DNA from: an uncultured Nitrospinota bacterium | Lineage (GTDB): Bacteria; Tectomicrobia; Entotheonellia; J063; CAVPRW01 | Direction of reading: 5' to 3' | Length of the DNA: 64,000 nucleotides | Assembly: GCA_963707985.1 (NCBI GenBank) | Contig: CAVPRW010000031.1 | Span: 192,001-256,000 of the forward strand | Part shown: positions 20,428 to 31,005 of the stretch, in pieces | How the letters are laid out: every line of letters begins with the position of its first letter | Numbering within the stretch: position 1 is the first letter of the stretch | Position numbers and translations under genes: made by a program | Notes under the pieces: model-generated | Seen by the model: only the letters and a program-made list of their open reading frames with translations | Database searches by the model: none | What the model was told of the DNA's origin: nothing

Positions 20428-20904
20428 CTCATCAGTAGCATCTGGCAAGGGGTAGTGCGGCACAGGGGCGTTCCGTCCAACGAGGTCAACAGGGCATCTA
20501 TCAAAGAGCAGGGGCAATCAGGTCGTTACTCGTAGTAACTTTCCCAACGTCTCCAGATCAAAGGGCGCGAGGTGCTCCTGGGGCACAGGAAGTTCCTTGC
20601 GGCTCAGGGTGGATCCTCCTCAAAAACGGGCGAGGTTTTTGGTTGGAGCTGCTATGATGCCGCATGTCCGCTTGAGATGGTATCCCTCATAACTCAAAAG
20701 GGTCGCCAGCGTTGGGTTACGAGTTCTTCAACTGCCTTAAGGGGTAGTTGTAAAGCGATAGTATTCGGTCCAGGGTAGGGAGTTCATGAGCATGTTGATA
20801 CGACGCTCGCACACCCGTTATGGAGGGCAATCCGCTTTTGCTGCAGGTTTCGCTGTTGTGAGGCAATTGCTTTGGAAGAAAGAGCTATGTAGGGGATCAT
20901 TTGG

Positions 20905-21274
20905 GATGACCATCGATCGTCTCTGGAATGCAATCGAGACGCTGACCACCTCTAGTGCCGGCAACGAAGGAGTCAACTGTTTAACATTTTCCGAGGAGGA
21001 CTGGGCTATGCACGCGTATCTGCGAGCGCAAATGGCATCGATTGGGTTCGAGGTGGTCTAAATCGCGCGAGGTATCATGTTGGGGCTCCTCAATCCGCTC
21101 TCCAGATTGGGGCGGGCGGTGATGTCCGGTTCCCACATCAATACTGTCCATGCCGCGGGTGGGTTCGGTGGTAAAGTGGAGATGGGGGGCGCGCTGGAGG
21201 AATATTCTGCGCCGGTAGACGTTGAGCAGGGCGTCAGTGTGCTGCTGGACGCCGGCATCATCCTGGCCGGATAG
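20905..21274 (+). pseudogene. M20-family Zn amidohydrolase (allantoate/N-carbamoylase-like) fragment
   Basis: IDRLWNAIETL...FSEED...GSHINTVHAAGGFGG (degenerate GSHxDTVxxGGxFDG) with an internal stop; truncated. Confidence 0.65.
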
Positions 21275-21330
21275 CAAACCCCTGAGAATGAGCAGTGTGA
21301 CATGGGTGACCGGTCAGTCTCCATGCGCCA

Positions 21331-22419
21331 CTACCTCAGGTGCGCAAAGACCTTGATCCAGGCTCGTCCCCAGGAGAGCGTAACGCGTTCGCCCGAATGC
21401 AGCAGCCGATCGCCTGGAGCGCCGTGATTTTGTCGCAACACCTTGATCGCTTTACCGCTGTCTAGTTGTACATAGTACGCGGTCGTCGGCCCCAGAAAAG
21501 AGTGGTCGACGACGATCCCAGTGAACGAGTTCTCCCCGTGGGGAGGCTCAGTGCTCAAGGAAATTTTTTCCGGACGCACGGTAGCCTCGACGTTAGTTCC
21601 GACCGCGAGATCATCGTTGACATCGACACGCAGGACATCTCCCTCAATGGTCCGGATGGTCATACCGCTGTTGCCGCTCGCGACAAGATTGCCGCTGAAC
21701 AGATTAATCTCGCCGATGAAGTCTGACACATACTTGCTGCTCGGGCACAGATAGATATTCTCAACGGTGTCGAGCTGTTCCAGGCGCCCACGGTTCATGA
21801 CGGCGATGCGGTCGGATAGCACCAGCGCTTCCTCTTGGTCGTGCGTGACGTACAGAAAGGTGATGCCAACCTCACGGTGAATGCGCTTCAGCTCAAGCTG
21901 CATGCGCTTGCGCACCTTCAGGTCGAGGGCTCCAAGAGGCTCATCGAGCAACAGAACCGCAGGCTCGTTGACCAACGCCCGCGCTAGTCCCACTCGCTGC
22001 TGTTCCCCGCCGCTGAGCTGATGTGGATAGCGTGCTTCGTAGCTGGTGAGTTCGACGATCTTCAGGACATCAGTCACGCGCGACTGAATATCATCCTTGG
22101 GAAGGCGCTTCATGTGTAGGCCAAAAGCGATATTTTGGTAGACGGTCATATGTGGGAACAACACGTAATGCTGGAAGACCGTGTTCACATAGCGCTTGTA
22201 CGGCGGGGTGCTCCCAAGCGGCTGGCCTTGCAGGTAGACCTCTCCCGCAGAGGGTTTTTCGAACCCAGCTACTAGGCGCAATGTCGTCGTCTTGCCGCAG
22301 CCACTCGGCCCCAGCAGTGATAAAAACTCCCCTTTGCGCACTTGTAACGACAGGTCATCTACTGCGCGCACGTCACCGAAGGTTTTGCTCACACCACACA
22401 GCTCAAGCACATAGTCCAT
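21331..22419 (-). CDS. PotA-like ABC transporter ATP-binding protein
   Basis: GPSGCGKT, LSGGEQQR, LLLDEP, TOBE C-terminus; no permease genes adjacent. Confidence 0.92.
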   Translation of the reverse strand: MDYVLELCGVSKTFGDVRAVDDLSLQVRKGEFLSLLGPSGCGKTTTLRLVAGFEKPSAGEVYLQGQPLGSTPPYKRYVNTVFQHYVLFPHMTVYQNIAFGLHMKRLPKDDIQSRVTDVLKIVELTSYEARYPHQLSGGEQQRVGLARALVNEPAVLLLDEPLGALDLKVRKRMQLELKRIHREVGITFLYVTHDQEEALVLSDRIAVMNRGRLEQLDTVENIYLCPSSKYVSDFIGEINLFSGNLVASGNSGMTIRTIEGDVLRVDVNDDLAVGTNVEATVRPEKISLSTEPPHGENSFTGIVVDHSFLGPTTAYYVQLDSGKAIKVLRQNHGAPGDRLLHSGERVTLSWGRAWIKVFAHLR

Positions 22420-22939
22420 GATGTAAGCCTGTCAACTATGACCGCATGTGTTCCCCATCGCACGTCGAGGATGGGTAAGCACGGGGCCTCTGGCCCCATG
22501 CCATGTGTCCGCTCACGGTAGGTAGTTCCGTGCCGTCGTCGGTGCCAGGTGACTTTTCTCTCGGATCGTGAACTTGGGTCGACATGCATCGCCACTCAGC
22601 GTGGTTGTCCTTGGCCCTTCAGGATATCGGTGATGGCCTGTAAGAGGTCATCCGCCGGATGTAGGCCCCAGTACCGGTACCGGTCACCATGCCAATACCC
22701 TCAGTCCTCAACTGTGCCCCGGACAACAGGCTGCGGAACACCATAACATGACCTACTGTATAAGTGAACATGGCTGCATTCACTGTCCCCTCCGTAGCGC
22801 TCAGGCTAACATGATTCACCGCATATATAGTTTCAAAAGCCATCGTGCGCGTGTGAGGCGTTGGGGGCAGGAGAACCCGATGGGGCAATGATCAGGGCTG
22901 GCGTTAGCGGGATACTCGCAGAGCCGCCAGCACCAGCTG

Positions 22940-23545
22940 ATTAGTCTGCTAGCACCGGTGTTTTTGCCGTGTACTTGAAGGCGGGCATGACCTCCATGGC
23001 AAAGCGCTCAAGTTATTCCAACACCACCGTTTTCCGTATGCCGACCGATAAGCTGACCATCACCCGCTCAAGACCCGGGTAGCGTTCTTCCAGTGCTTTG
23101 AGATGCTCGATCATCTGCTCAGGCGATCCGCAAAGCACGCCACCCTTGTTGATGGCATCCTCAATGGTGGGCAGCCCTGCAAATGGAGCGTTGCTCAGGT
23201 CACCCATCGCTTCGATCTGCTGGTCGGTTAGGGCGCGCACCAGCAGCAGCGGTCCGAACATTTTCAGGTTCTCTTCGTCATACTTGCCTGCCTCACGAAT
23301 CCCCTGTTCTCGGCTATCGGCGAGATGGAAATGATATCCGCAGCACAGGCCTTCACCCAGCTCCAAATGACGCCCAACACGGGCTTGGGCCGCTTGCCAA
23401 TCCAAGACGACCTTGTGTATCGCGCCACCTTCGGCCGAACCACCACCCACCATGCCCTGAATGCCGCACTTAGCCATGAAGTCGAGAGCATGCTGGGCCC
23501 CCCTGAATGGGTTGCCAGCACTCCACAGGGCGCGGCAGTGGCCAA
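22940..23545 (-). pseudogene. LLM-class flavin monooxygenase, C-terminal fragment
   Basis: RPVECWQPIQ...ALDFMAKCGIQGMVGGG...LCGSPEQMIEHLKALEERYPGL...LERFAMEVMPAF; N-terminus missing, internal stop. Confidence 0.7.
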
Positions 23546-23823
23546 AGAGGAGGGAGCAGGGCGGCGAGCTTCCATTCAGCCTCCGCGCAGAGGCCGTCGT
23601 CCGTCGCATGGGGAACTTCATAACTGAAGGCATTGCCGGTCGGATCGATGGTCAGGGTGAAGGCTTCACGGATACCGGCTAACTGAGAGCGTTCCAGCAT
23701 TGTCACATCGACGACATGCAGAAGCAGGAGCTCACCTCCCACCGCATCACTCAGTTCGACCGCGTGCCTGACGGCAATCCGTGAGGTCTCTGAGAAATCC
23801 GTTGGCACGAGAAGACGTTTCAT
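23546..23823 (-). pseudogene. Universal stress protein, N-terminal fragment
   Basis: MKRLLVPTDFSETSRIAVRHAVEL...LLLLHVV; runs directly into the LLM fragment. Confidence 0.8.
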
Positions 23824-23949
23824 GCCATCTCCTTTACAGCGATGATGGTGCATGATCCATTAGTCGTACCCCCCTCTCAAGGGATGTTGAGGCTTCCAAC
23901 CTGCGATTGCACCGATAGGATCTGGGACTTGATGGAGCATGGCCAACAG

Positions 23950-23965
23950 AGCACAATCGATGCCA
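23950..23965 (-). promoter_or_regulatory. Sigma54 promoter candidate for the usp gene
   Basis: TGGCATCGATTGTGCT on the minus strand (GG-N10-GC). Confidence 0.55.
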
Positions 23966-24101
23966 CGTAGTATAGGGGGTGGATAACTCATTGTGGCATG
24001 ATGCTGTGTCCTTCCGTCTGCTGTGCGCCGCGGCGACGCGACACCGCCTCGACTGTTGTTTCAACAACACCGCGCCAGCACATTGCGTCGCCAGCATCAG
24101 G

Positions 24102-25478
24102 CTACAGCATGCCAAATTGCTTCATGCGGTGGCGCAGAATGTTACGGGTGATGCCCAGCAGGTGAGCGGCTCGAACTTGATTGTGTTTGGTGAGCTCCAG
24201 GGCTTTGCGGATCAGGCGATCTTCGACACGGTGATAGGCTTGACCGGCATGCGACAGGAGAATCTGTTCGAGCCCTTCGTCGAGGGGATCACGTAGGGGA
24301 GCCAGCTGTCCGCGGGTGATTGAACGCTCGCCGAAGCGCAAATCTTCGGCGGTGATCAAATATCCACGGCACGTCATGAGCGCCTGCTTCATGGTATTTT
24401 CCAACTCTCGGACATTTCCTGGCCACGTATGAGCGCTCAAGGCTTCGAGCGCCTCAGGGGCAAACCCACCAACCGGCCGCTCCAGCTCCCGGCTGTAGCG
24501 CGTCAGAAAGTGCTGGGCGAGCAGAGGAATGTCTTCCTGCCGGGCTCGTAGAGGGGGTAGATGCAGATGAATCACATTCAGCCGGTAGTACAAATCTTCG
24601 CGAAACTCCGCACGTGCGACAGCCCCCTCCAAGTCTCGATTGGTGGCGGCAATGATGCGCACGTCGATGGGCATGGATTCACGCCCCCCGAGGCGGCGAA
24701 TCTCTTTCTCCTGCAGGGCGCGTAGCAGTTTCGCTTGTACGGTTAGGGGGAGCTCCCCGGCTTCATCGAGGAACAGCGTGCCCCCCGAGGCTTCCTCAAA
24801 CGATCCGGGCTTCCGTTCGATGGCGCCGGTGAAGGCTCCTTTTTCATGGCCGAAGAGCTCGCTTTCCAGCAGTGACTCAGGGATGGCGGCACAGTTCAGA
24901 GCGACCCAGGGGCCATCGGCCCGCAGGCTATGCTGATGGATCGCGCGTGCGACCAACTCTTTACCGGTCCCACTCTCCCCGGATAACAGCACCGTCGTGT
25001 CTGTCGGGGCGACACGGCCGATCATCTTATACAGGTCTTGCATCGCCACGCTGCGGCCGAGGAGGGGGGTCGCCTGGTTGGACTCGGGTAACAAGAGCGT
25101 GTCGATCTGGCCTGTTAGTGCCCGCAAATGCAGGGCTTTGGTCATAATGCCCCGGAGACTGGCGATATCAACCGGCTTCAAGAGGTAATCGTAGGCGCCG
25201 TGCTTCATGGCGGTGATGGCGGTTTCTGTCGTGCCATAGGCGGTTAGGAGGATCACCGGCACATCCCGATCGAGGGCTTTGATACGTTGCAGAGTTTCCA
25301 GACCATCAGCCCCGGGTAGCTTGACATCCAGGAGGATCAGGTGCGGTTTTTCGCTGCTCAGTCGTTGGAGAGCTTCCTCTCCGGAAAAGGCACTGATGAG
25401 CCGGAAGGCCTCTCCTAGCGCCCGTTGTAACGAGTAGTGCACATTCCGCTCGTCATCGACCAGCAAGATTTTGTTCAT
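24102..25478 (-). CDS. NtrC/AtoC-family sigma54 response regulator
   Basis: REC domain (LLVDDE, LLDVKLP), GESGTGKE, GAFTGA, Fis HTH. Confidence 0.95.
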   Translation of the reverse strand: MNKILLVDDERNVHYSLQRALGEAFRLISAFSGEEALQRLSSEKPHLILLDVKLPGADGLETLQRIKALDRDVPVILLTAYGTTETAITAMKHGAYDYLLKPVDIASLRGIMTKALHLRALTGQIDTLLLPESNQATPLLGRSVAMQDLYKMIGRVAPTDTTVLLSGESGTGKELVARAIHQHSLRADGPWVALNCAAIPESLLESELFGHEKGAFTGAIERKPGSFEEASGGTLFLDEAGELPLTVQAKLLRALQEKEIRRLGGRESMPIDVRIIAATNRDLEGAVARAEFREDLYYRLNVIHLHLPPLRARQEDIPLLAQHFLTRYSRELERPVGGFAPEALEALSAHTWPGNVRELENTMKQALMTCRGYLITAEDLRFGERSITRGQLAPLRDPLDEGLEQILLSHAGQAYHRVEDRLIRKALELTKHNQVRAAHLLGITRNILRHRMKQFGML

Positions 25479-27162
25479 AGGCGTTCTCACCCACGAGGGG
25501 TAATTCGATGCGAACCGTCGTGCCGATGCCCGGCTGGGATGTCACGCGAATCGCCCCACCATGCCCTTCGATGATACGTTGCGAGATCGATAACCCTAAA
25601 CCAACTCCTCTGGGCTTGGTGGTGAAGAAGGGGGTGAAGAGCTGGGCCTTCACCGCTGCCGGCATGCCTTCGCCCTGGTCATGAATGTCGGTGGTGATGC
25701 ATGAATCGCCGGCGTATAGCCGCACCTCGATGGCTCCTCCAGACGGCATGGCCTGCATGGCATTGAGCAGGATATTGAGAAACACCTGCTTGATTTGAGT
25801 CCCATCCACACAGACGACGGGGAGATCGTTGGGCCAGGCTTTGGCAATGCGAATACCGCGGCGGCGGGCTTCAGTCCGCACCAGCAGCAGCGTTTCCTCC
25901 ATGATTTCCTGGAGCTTCTGAGGGGTGACGGCTGGGCGCTTCGGCCGTGCGAAATCCAGAAATTGCTCCACAAGCAGGGTCAGCCGCCCGATCTCGCTCT
26001 GCATGACCTCCAGATCCGCAGATAGCGTCCTGGAGCGTAGACAATCCTTCTGCATGGCGTAGGCTAAGAGCTGCATGGTGTGTAGAGGATTGCGAATCTC
26101 ATGTGCCAGGCCAGCAGACATGCTTCCCAGAGCCGCAAGCCGTTCCGATTGCCGGAGTTGTTCCTGGGTGTCGAGCATTGCTTGGTATAGTCGAGCGTTC
26201 TCAATCGCGGTAGACGATTGCGCGGCGAGTGCCAGCAACAATTCCACCTCTTCCGCCCGGAACCGGCGTGGCTCCATGGTGTACACCGTGAGCAGGCCGA
26301 TGAGTCGGACGCTCGTTCGCAGAGGGATGCACAAGAGGGAGCTCAAGCCTGCCTGAGCAGCTAACTGCGCATAGGGCGCATGCGTGTTGTCTTGAAGATC
26401 CAGGATGGCGAGTGGTGAGCCGCTGCGCACCACCTCGCCGAGGACACTGGTCGTCAGGTCTAGCGGCGGACGTTGCATCCAGGTCTGGTTACCGCCATAG
26501 GTGGCCTTCATCCGCAGCGTTTGGCCTGTGTCATCCACCAGCATGAGTGCCGCGGCTTGTGCCCGCAACAGGCGTGCTGCATGGCGCACGACGCGCTTGA
26601 AGACCTCATCGAGATCGAGACTGGCGGTGATATCGCTGCTAACCTCGATGAGGGTGCAAAGCTCCTCTTTCTGCCGCAGCAGGTCGCGATACAACGAATC
26701 GTTGTGCAGGGCATGGGCGGCAAGATTTGCGAGTGCTTCCAGGAAAGGCGCTCGATCATGTTTCGCCCATACCTCCGACAGATCCCATAAGGTCAGGATT
26801 CCCAAGACGTCGCCGCGTGCCAGCAAGGGAATTCCCAGGCTCACCTGGTAGTCCTCCAGGGCATGGCTGGAGCCGGCCCGCATCGATTCCAGCCGCACCA
26901 CCTTCCCTTCACGGATGACATTTGCCCACGGCGGGGCATCGGCAGGGACTTCTTGAGCATCGGCGATGTCCTCCCCCTCGCCGAGGTGGAGCAGAAGTGT
27001 CCTACGGTCAGCCTTGAGCAGGAGTATCTGCCCTCCGCGGCCACCTGTCAGCCTCAGCGCCTCCCGCAAGAGAGTGCGTAGCAGTGAGGAGCTTTGTGTT
27101 CCCATGGCCAGCAGGCGAGTCAGGCGGTACAACGTGCGCAGTTCACCCTCCCTGTTGTTCAT
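25453..27162 (-). CDS. Cytoplasmic GAF-GAF histidine kinase
   Basis: Two GAF domains, AHEIRNPL H-box, N/G/F boxes (FTPFFTTK, GVGLGL); no TM segments. Confidence 0.93.
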   Translation of the reverse strand: MNNREGELRTLYRLTRLLAMGTQSSSLLRTLLREALRLTGGRGGQILLLKADRRTLLLHLGEGEDIADAQEVPADAPPWANVIREGKVVRLESMRAGSSHALEDYQVSLGIPLLARGDVLGILTLWDLSEVWAKHDRAPFLEALANLAAHALHNDSLYRDLLRQKEELCTLIEVSSDITASLDLDEVFKRVVRHAARLLRAQAAALMLVDDTGQTLRMKATYGGNQTWMQRPPLDLTTSVLGEVVRSGSPLAILDLQDNTHAPYAQLAAQAGLSSLLCIPLRTSVRLIGLLTVYTMEPRRFRAEEVELLLALAAQSSTAIENARLYQAMLDTQEQLRQSERLAALGSMSAGLAHEIRNPLHTMQLLAYAMQKDCLRSRTLSADLEVMQSEIGRLTLLVEQFLDFARPKRPAVTPQKLQEIMEETLLLVRTEARRRGIRIAKAWPNDLPVVCVDGTQIKQVFLNILLNAMQAMPSGGAIEVRLYAGDSCITTDIHDQGEGMPAAVKAQLFTPFFTTKPRGVGLGLSISQRIIEGHGGAIRVTSQPGIGTTVRIELPLVGENAYEQNLAGR

Positions 27163-27387
27163 AAGGACCCCACACTGTGAAGCAAGCACGAGAAGCCGTC
27201 GGTGCAGGCACCCACCCTTACCATATCTCGTACATTTGTCGATGCATGTGCCCCAGCCTAGCAGCGACACCGCGTGCGCTCTACGCACGGAGAACGACTC
27301 CGCGCGCGCCAGCGTGTCCCAACGCCGGTGACGTGACGTGTCTCCAGGGCGTGCACTTCAATTGACAATCCGGCAAGGAAACTATGG

Positions 27388-27403
27388 GGCAAAGCGCGTG
27401 CCA
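27388..27403 (-). promoter_or_regulatory. Sigma54 promoter upstream of the kinase
   Basis: TGGCACGCGCTTTGCC on the minus strand, a near-consensus match. Confidence 0.75.
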
Positions 27404-28135
27404 TCGTTGTAGAGACTGCCACGATGGCGACGGAAGATGCTGATGATGCGCGGCGGACATGGCAGCAGCGAAGCCTGCAGATGGGCTGCTGCTGTGGGCA
27501 GCAGCTCCGGAAGTCGGGGGTAGGCTGCACTCTGGAGGGCATTAATGCTTAAAACTGCGCAGGAAATAGGCAGATACGAAACCGCTTAGCCTGTGTCGCG
27601 ACAGTGGTAATAGGATAGGCGCTCGTGAGGCGTTGCGGGCGAGGGTCCTCCGCGAGGAATGTCAGACGGGACAACGTTCGCTACCTAGCTCTTGTCCTCA
27701 AAGATATTGATGATAATTACAAGTTAATTTTAAGATCTAGAGATTTAAAAAAATATAATGTTTTAGTATATGATAAAGAGTAATTTTTATGATATTAATG
27801 ATATCAAATGATTAAAAAAGTAGATAAAATACTTCTTGACTCTCAGCTGACGGCAGGTATGATCTGAGCTGTGAACGGCGACGGTTCAGTTCTCGGATGA
27901 ACGTTGGATGCTACGTCCGCCACCGCCATATCGATGGCACAAGGCAGGCTTGGCTCAGTCAGTTGCGGTGGGATGACCTCCACACGCAGGCCACTTCAAA
28001 CCGACAGAGGTGATAGCCGCCGACGATGATGGTAACCTGATCGGTACAGACGATCAAAGCCCTGCCGTAGGACAGTGGACCACGGCAGGATGGGGGGCGC
28101 TAACAGCTGTATGATTAGGCATTAAAAGGGGCCAC

Positions 28136-28188
28136 AAAACAGTGGCCCTCCCCAACAACGGTTGGCCGACCAGGGCTGGGGAGGGCCA
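28136..28188 (-). terminator. Intrinsic terminator, minus strand
   Basis: 12-bp stem TGGCCCTCCCCA/TGGGGAGGGCCA followed by CTGTTTTG on the minus strand. Confidence 0.6.
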
Positions 28189-28694
28189 GGGTGCAAGACG
28201 CACGTCCTTAATCTTCATGAGGCGGAAGGTACGCCTTTGCTAGCCCACTTTTAGTGAAGCACAAGTGTGAAGCTAGCACAAGGTGTTTCATACCTCCCTA
28301 CCAGACGCCTACGTGCGTCCTTTCGGCAGTTAACGCTCTGAGGAGATGGGGCTGCGTTGGCATCTCCTGGGGCGTGTTTTTCCCTTCAGACTTTTACCCT
28401 TTATTGGCTGACAACCAAGCTGCAGCAGCGTGGCTGTCTGTAGCACGGGTATTCTCCTTTCCCGCAGCGGGGTACCAGCTGTCCGCATGCCCATGGGTAC
28501 CCTTGGTTGCGCGCTGATGTTGCCGCAGCCAGGAGTGGGTGCCAAGGCATGGCATTATCGGCGAAGACACCGGGGCAGGTTGGACTGGCGGAAAAGGGGC
28601 AAACCGAGGGGGGCGGAGCCTGGCTTCCCCTTAACAGTGCCTAGGACCAGGCCGCGAGGGCCGCCGGGGAAGTGTCTGTCGACCGGGATTGACC

Positions 28695-28709
28695 TGGCAC
28701 AGGCATTGA
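28695..28709 (+). promoter_or_regulatory. Possible sigma54 promoter of the glycosyltransferase operon
   Basis: TGGCACAGGCATTGA: strong -24 box, -12 reads TTGA instead of TTGC. Confidence 0.4.
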
Positions 28710-28797
28710 GGTTGTCTAGGGCGCGGCCGACGATGATTGGGGGCGGAGGGCCTCTACATCCGAGGCAAAATGCAGCTCGCGTGTGGGAGATCCACGT

Positions 28798-30951
28798 ATG
28801 GCTCTTGTAGCACAGCGCGGAATTTCCATCATTCTTCCCGCTTATAATGAAGAAGATAACATCGCCAAAGCTGTTGAGCAGGCGGTGCATTGTGTACGAG
28901 CTTTGTTTAAGGATTGGGAGATCATTGTCGTCGATGATGGTAGTCAGGACAAAACGGGTGAGATTATCGATGGTCTGAGTGAGCAGAACGAGCGCGTGAT
29001 CGCGCGACATCATGCCAACAATAGGGGCTACGGTGCAGCCCTCAAAACTGGCATCATGCAGGCTTGCCAGGAGCTTATCTTCTTCTGCGATTCCGATTTA
29101 CAATTTCATCTCAGCGAGCTCGTGTTGCCGCTTACCTGGATCGAACAATACGACATCGTTATCGGCTATCGAGCGAAACGCCAGGATCCCTGGCATCGTC
29201 GCCTTAATGCGCTAGGTTGGAAGGCGCTTGTCCGCCTCCTGCTGGGGTTGCAGGTGCGTGATATCGATTGTGCCTTCAAATTGTTTCGCAGCGCCGTTTT
29301 CAGCGCCATCAAGATCGATGCCGTGGGCGCCATGGTGAATACCGATATCTTGGTGCAGGCAATGCGCATGGGATTCAAGATCAAAGAGGTGCCGGTGACC
29401 CACTTCCCACGACTACGGGGCCAGCAGACTGGTGCAAACATCCAGGTGGTGCTGAGGGCATTCAAGGAGCTATTCTGGTTATCCCGCAAGCTGCGCAATA
29501 TCCATCCCATTGTGTTCACGTACGATCGCCGGCGAGCCGGGCAGGACCAGTCGTTTCAAGACAGACGCCGTATCGAGCGGCGTCAGGTCATGTTACCGAT
29601 CAATTTTCCCGATCGGCGGCGGCGATTTGTCCGCATTGGCGGTGCCGAAATCCCTCTGACGTTCTCGACCGATGTCACCGCTCTTCTGGCTGGCGTACCA
29701 CGTCGACCGCTCCAAATCGCTATGGTGGTTGCCTCGCCCTTTCCGGCCAATCATGGGACGCCGGCAGGGATTCGGGAGACTGCCGAGGCCATCGCCCAAA
29801 AAGGTCATGGTGTGCATCTCGTGACCTATCACTTCGGGCATGGCAAAGCCCCACAGGGGGTGCGGATCGTACGCATCCCAAACCTCAGGTTTGGGCGGAA
29901 GATCGTGGTGGGCCCCACGTGGCAGAAGCCAGTTCTCGATCTCCTCATGGTGCTGACGCTGTGTCGAGTGATCCGTCGCGAAGGCATTGATCTGATCCAT
30001 GCCCACAACTATGAAGGGGCGCTCATCGGCTTTGTGGCCAAGCTCCTGACTCGTCGACAGTTGATCTACAACGCCGTCAATACGATGAGCGATGAGCTGC
30101 CGACCTATAATTTCCTCAAGCCGCAACGGTTGGCGACCTGGCTGGCGCAGTGTCTAGACCACTACGTTCCACGCACAGCCGATCGGGTGATCGCCATCTC
30201 TGATGAGCTCGGTCGATTCTTGCAGGGGCGCGGCGTTCGATCCGACCATCTCCATGTCATTCCCGCTGGGAGTTGATAGCAGCGCCTTTCAGGATATTCC
30301 CGAGGGCCAGCGCCAGGCGCTGCGCGCGCGGCATGGCATCGGCGATCGACCGCTGGTGATGTATACCGGCGTTCTCGATCGCTTTCAGCGTCTCGATTAC
30401 TTGCTGCAGGGGATGCGGATCGTTGTCGATCGGCTGCCGGAGGCCCGGCTCCTGTTGGTGGCCAATGTGGCGACGGCAGAGGACCTGCAGGAGTGCCGTC
30501 AGATGGTCACCGCACTCGATCTGGAACAGCACGTCGCCATCGTCATGCATCGGTCCTTTCTGCGGAGATCCCGCTCTTTCTGGCAGCTGCGGATGTGACC
30601 GTGGTGCCACGCCCCCAATGTCCTGGATTCCCGGTCAAACTGCTCAATTACATGGCGGCGGGAAAACCCATCGTGGTCTTTGAAGGATCGGCCAAGGGTT
30701 TGCAGCATCTGCACAGTGCCCTAGTCGTACCGGACCACGACTGGCAAGCGCTGGGGCACGGCATGCTCACGCTCTTGCAAGACCCAGCCCTGGCCCACCG
30801 GCTGGGCCACAGTGCTCGCCGATGGGCTCACGAACACCTCGCATGGCCAACCCTGGCGGCGAAAATCGAGAATGTCTACTACGAGTTGCTGGAGCCGCAC
30901 GCCTACGTTGCACAGCGCGACACTACCCCAGTCGGCATCGAGGTCCGTTAA
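28798..30951 (+). CDS. GT2 (polyprenol-P-sugar synthase-like)-GT4 fusion; frameshifts near 30265 and 30560
   Basis: ILPAYNEE, VDDGS, NRGYG, DSDLQ, DIDCAFKL, then IHAHNYEG and GFPVKLLNYMAAGKPIV. Confidence 0.88.
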
Positions 30952-31005
30952 GACCCACGCCGCTTTCGCGCCATAACCCTCGGTGAACGTAAAGGTGCCT
31001 GGACT

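Noticed and set aside
28300..28660. c-di-GMP-I riboswitch
   Set aside because: Only fragments (GGGCAAACC, TGTCAGCCA, CTGCCGAA) are present; the GNRA-capped P2 plus GCAAA arrangement was not found; needs cmscan
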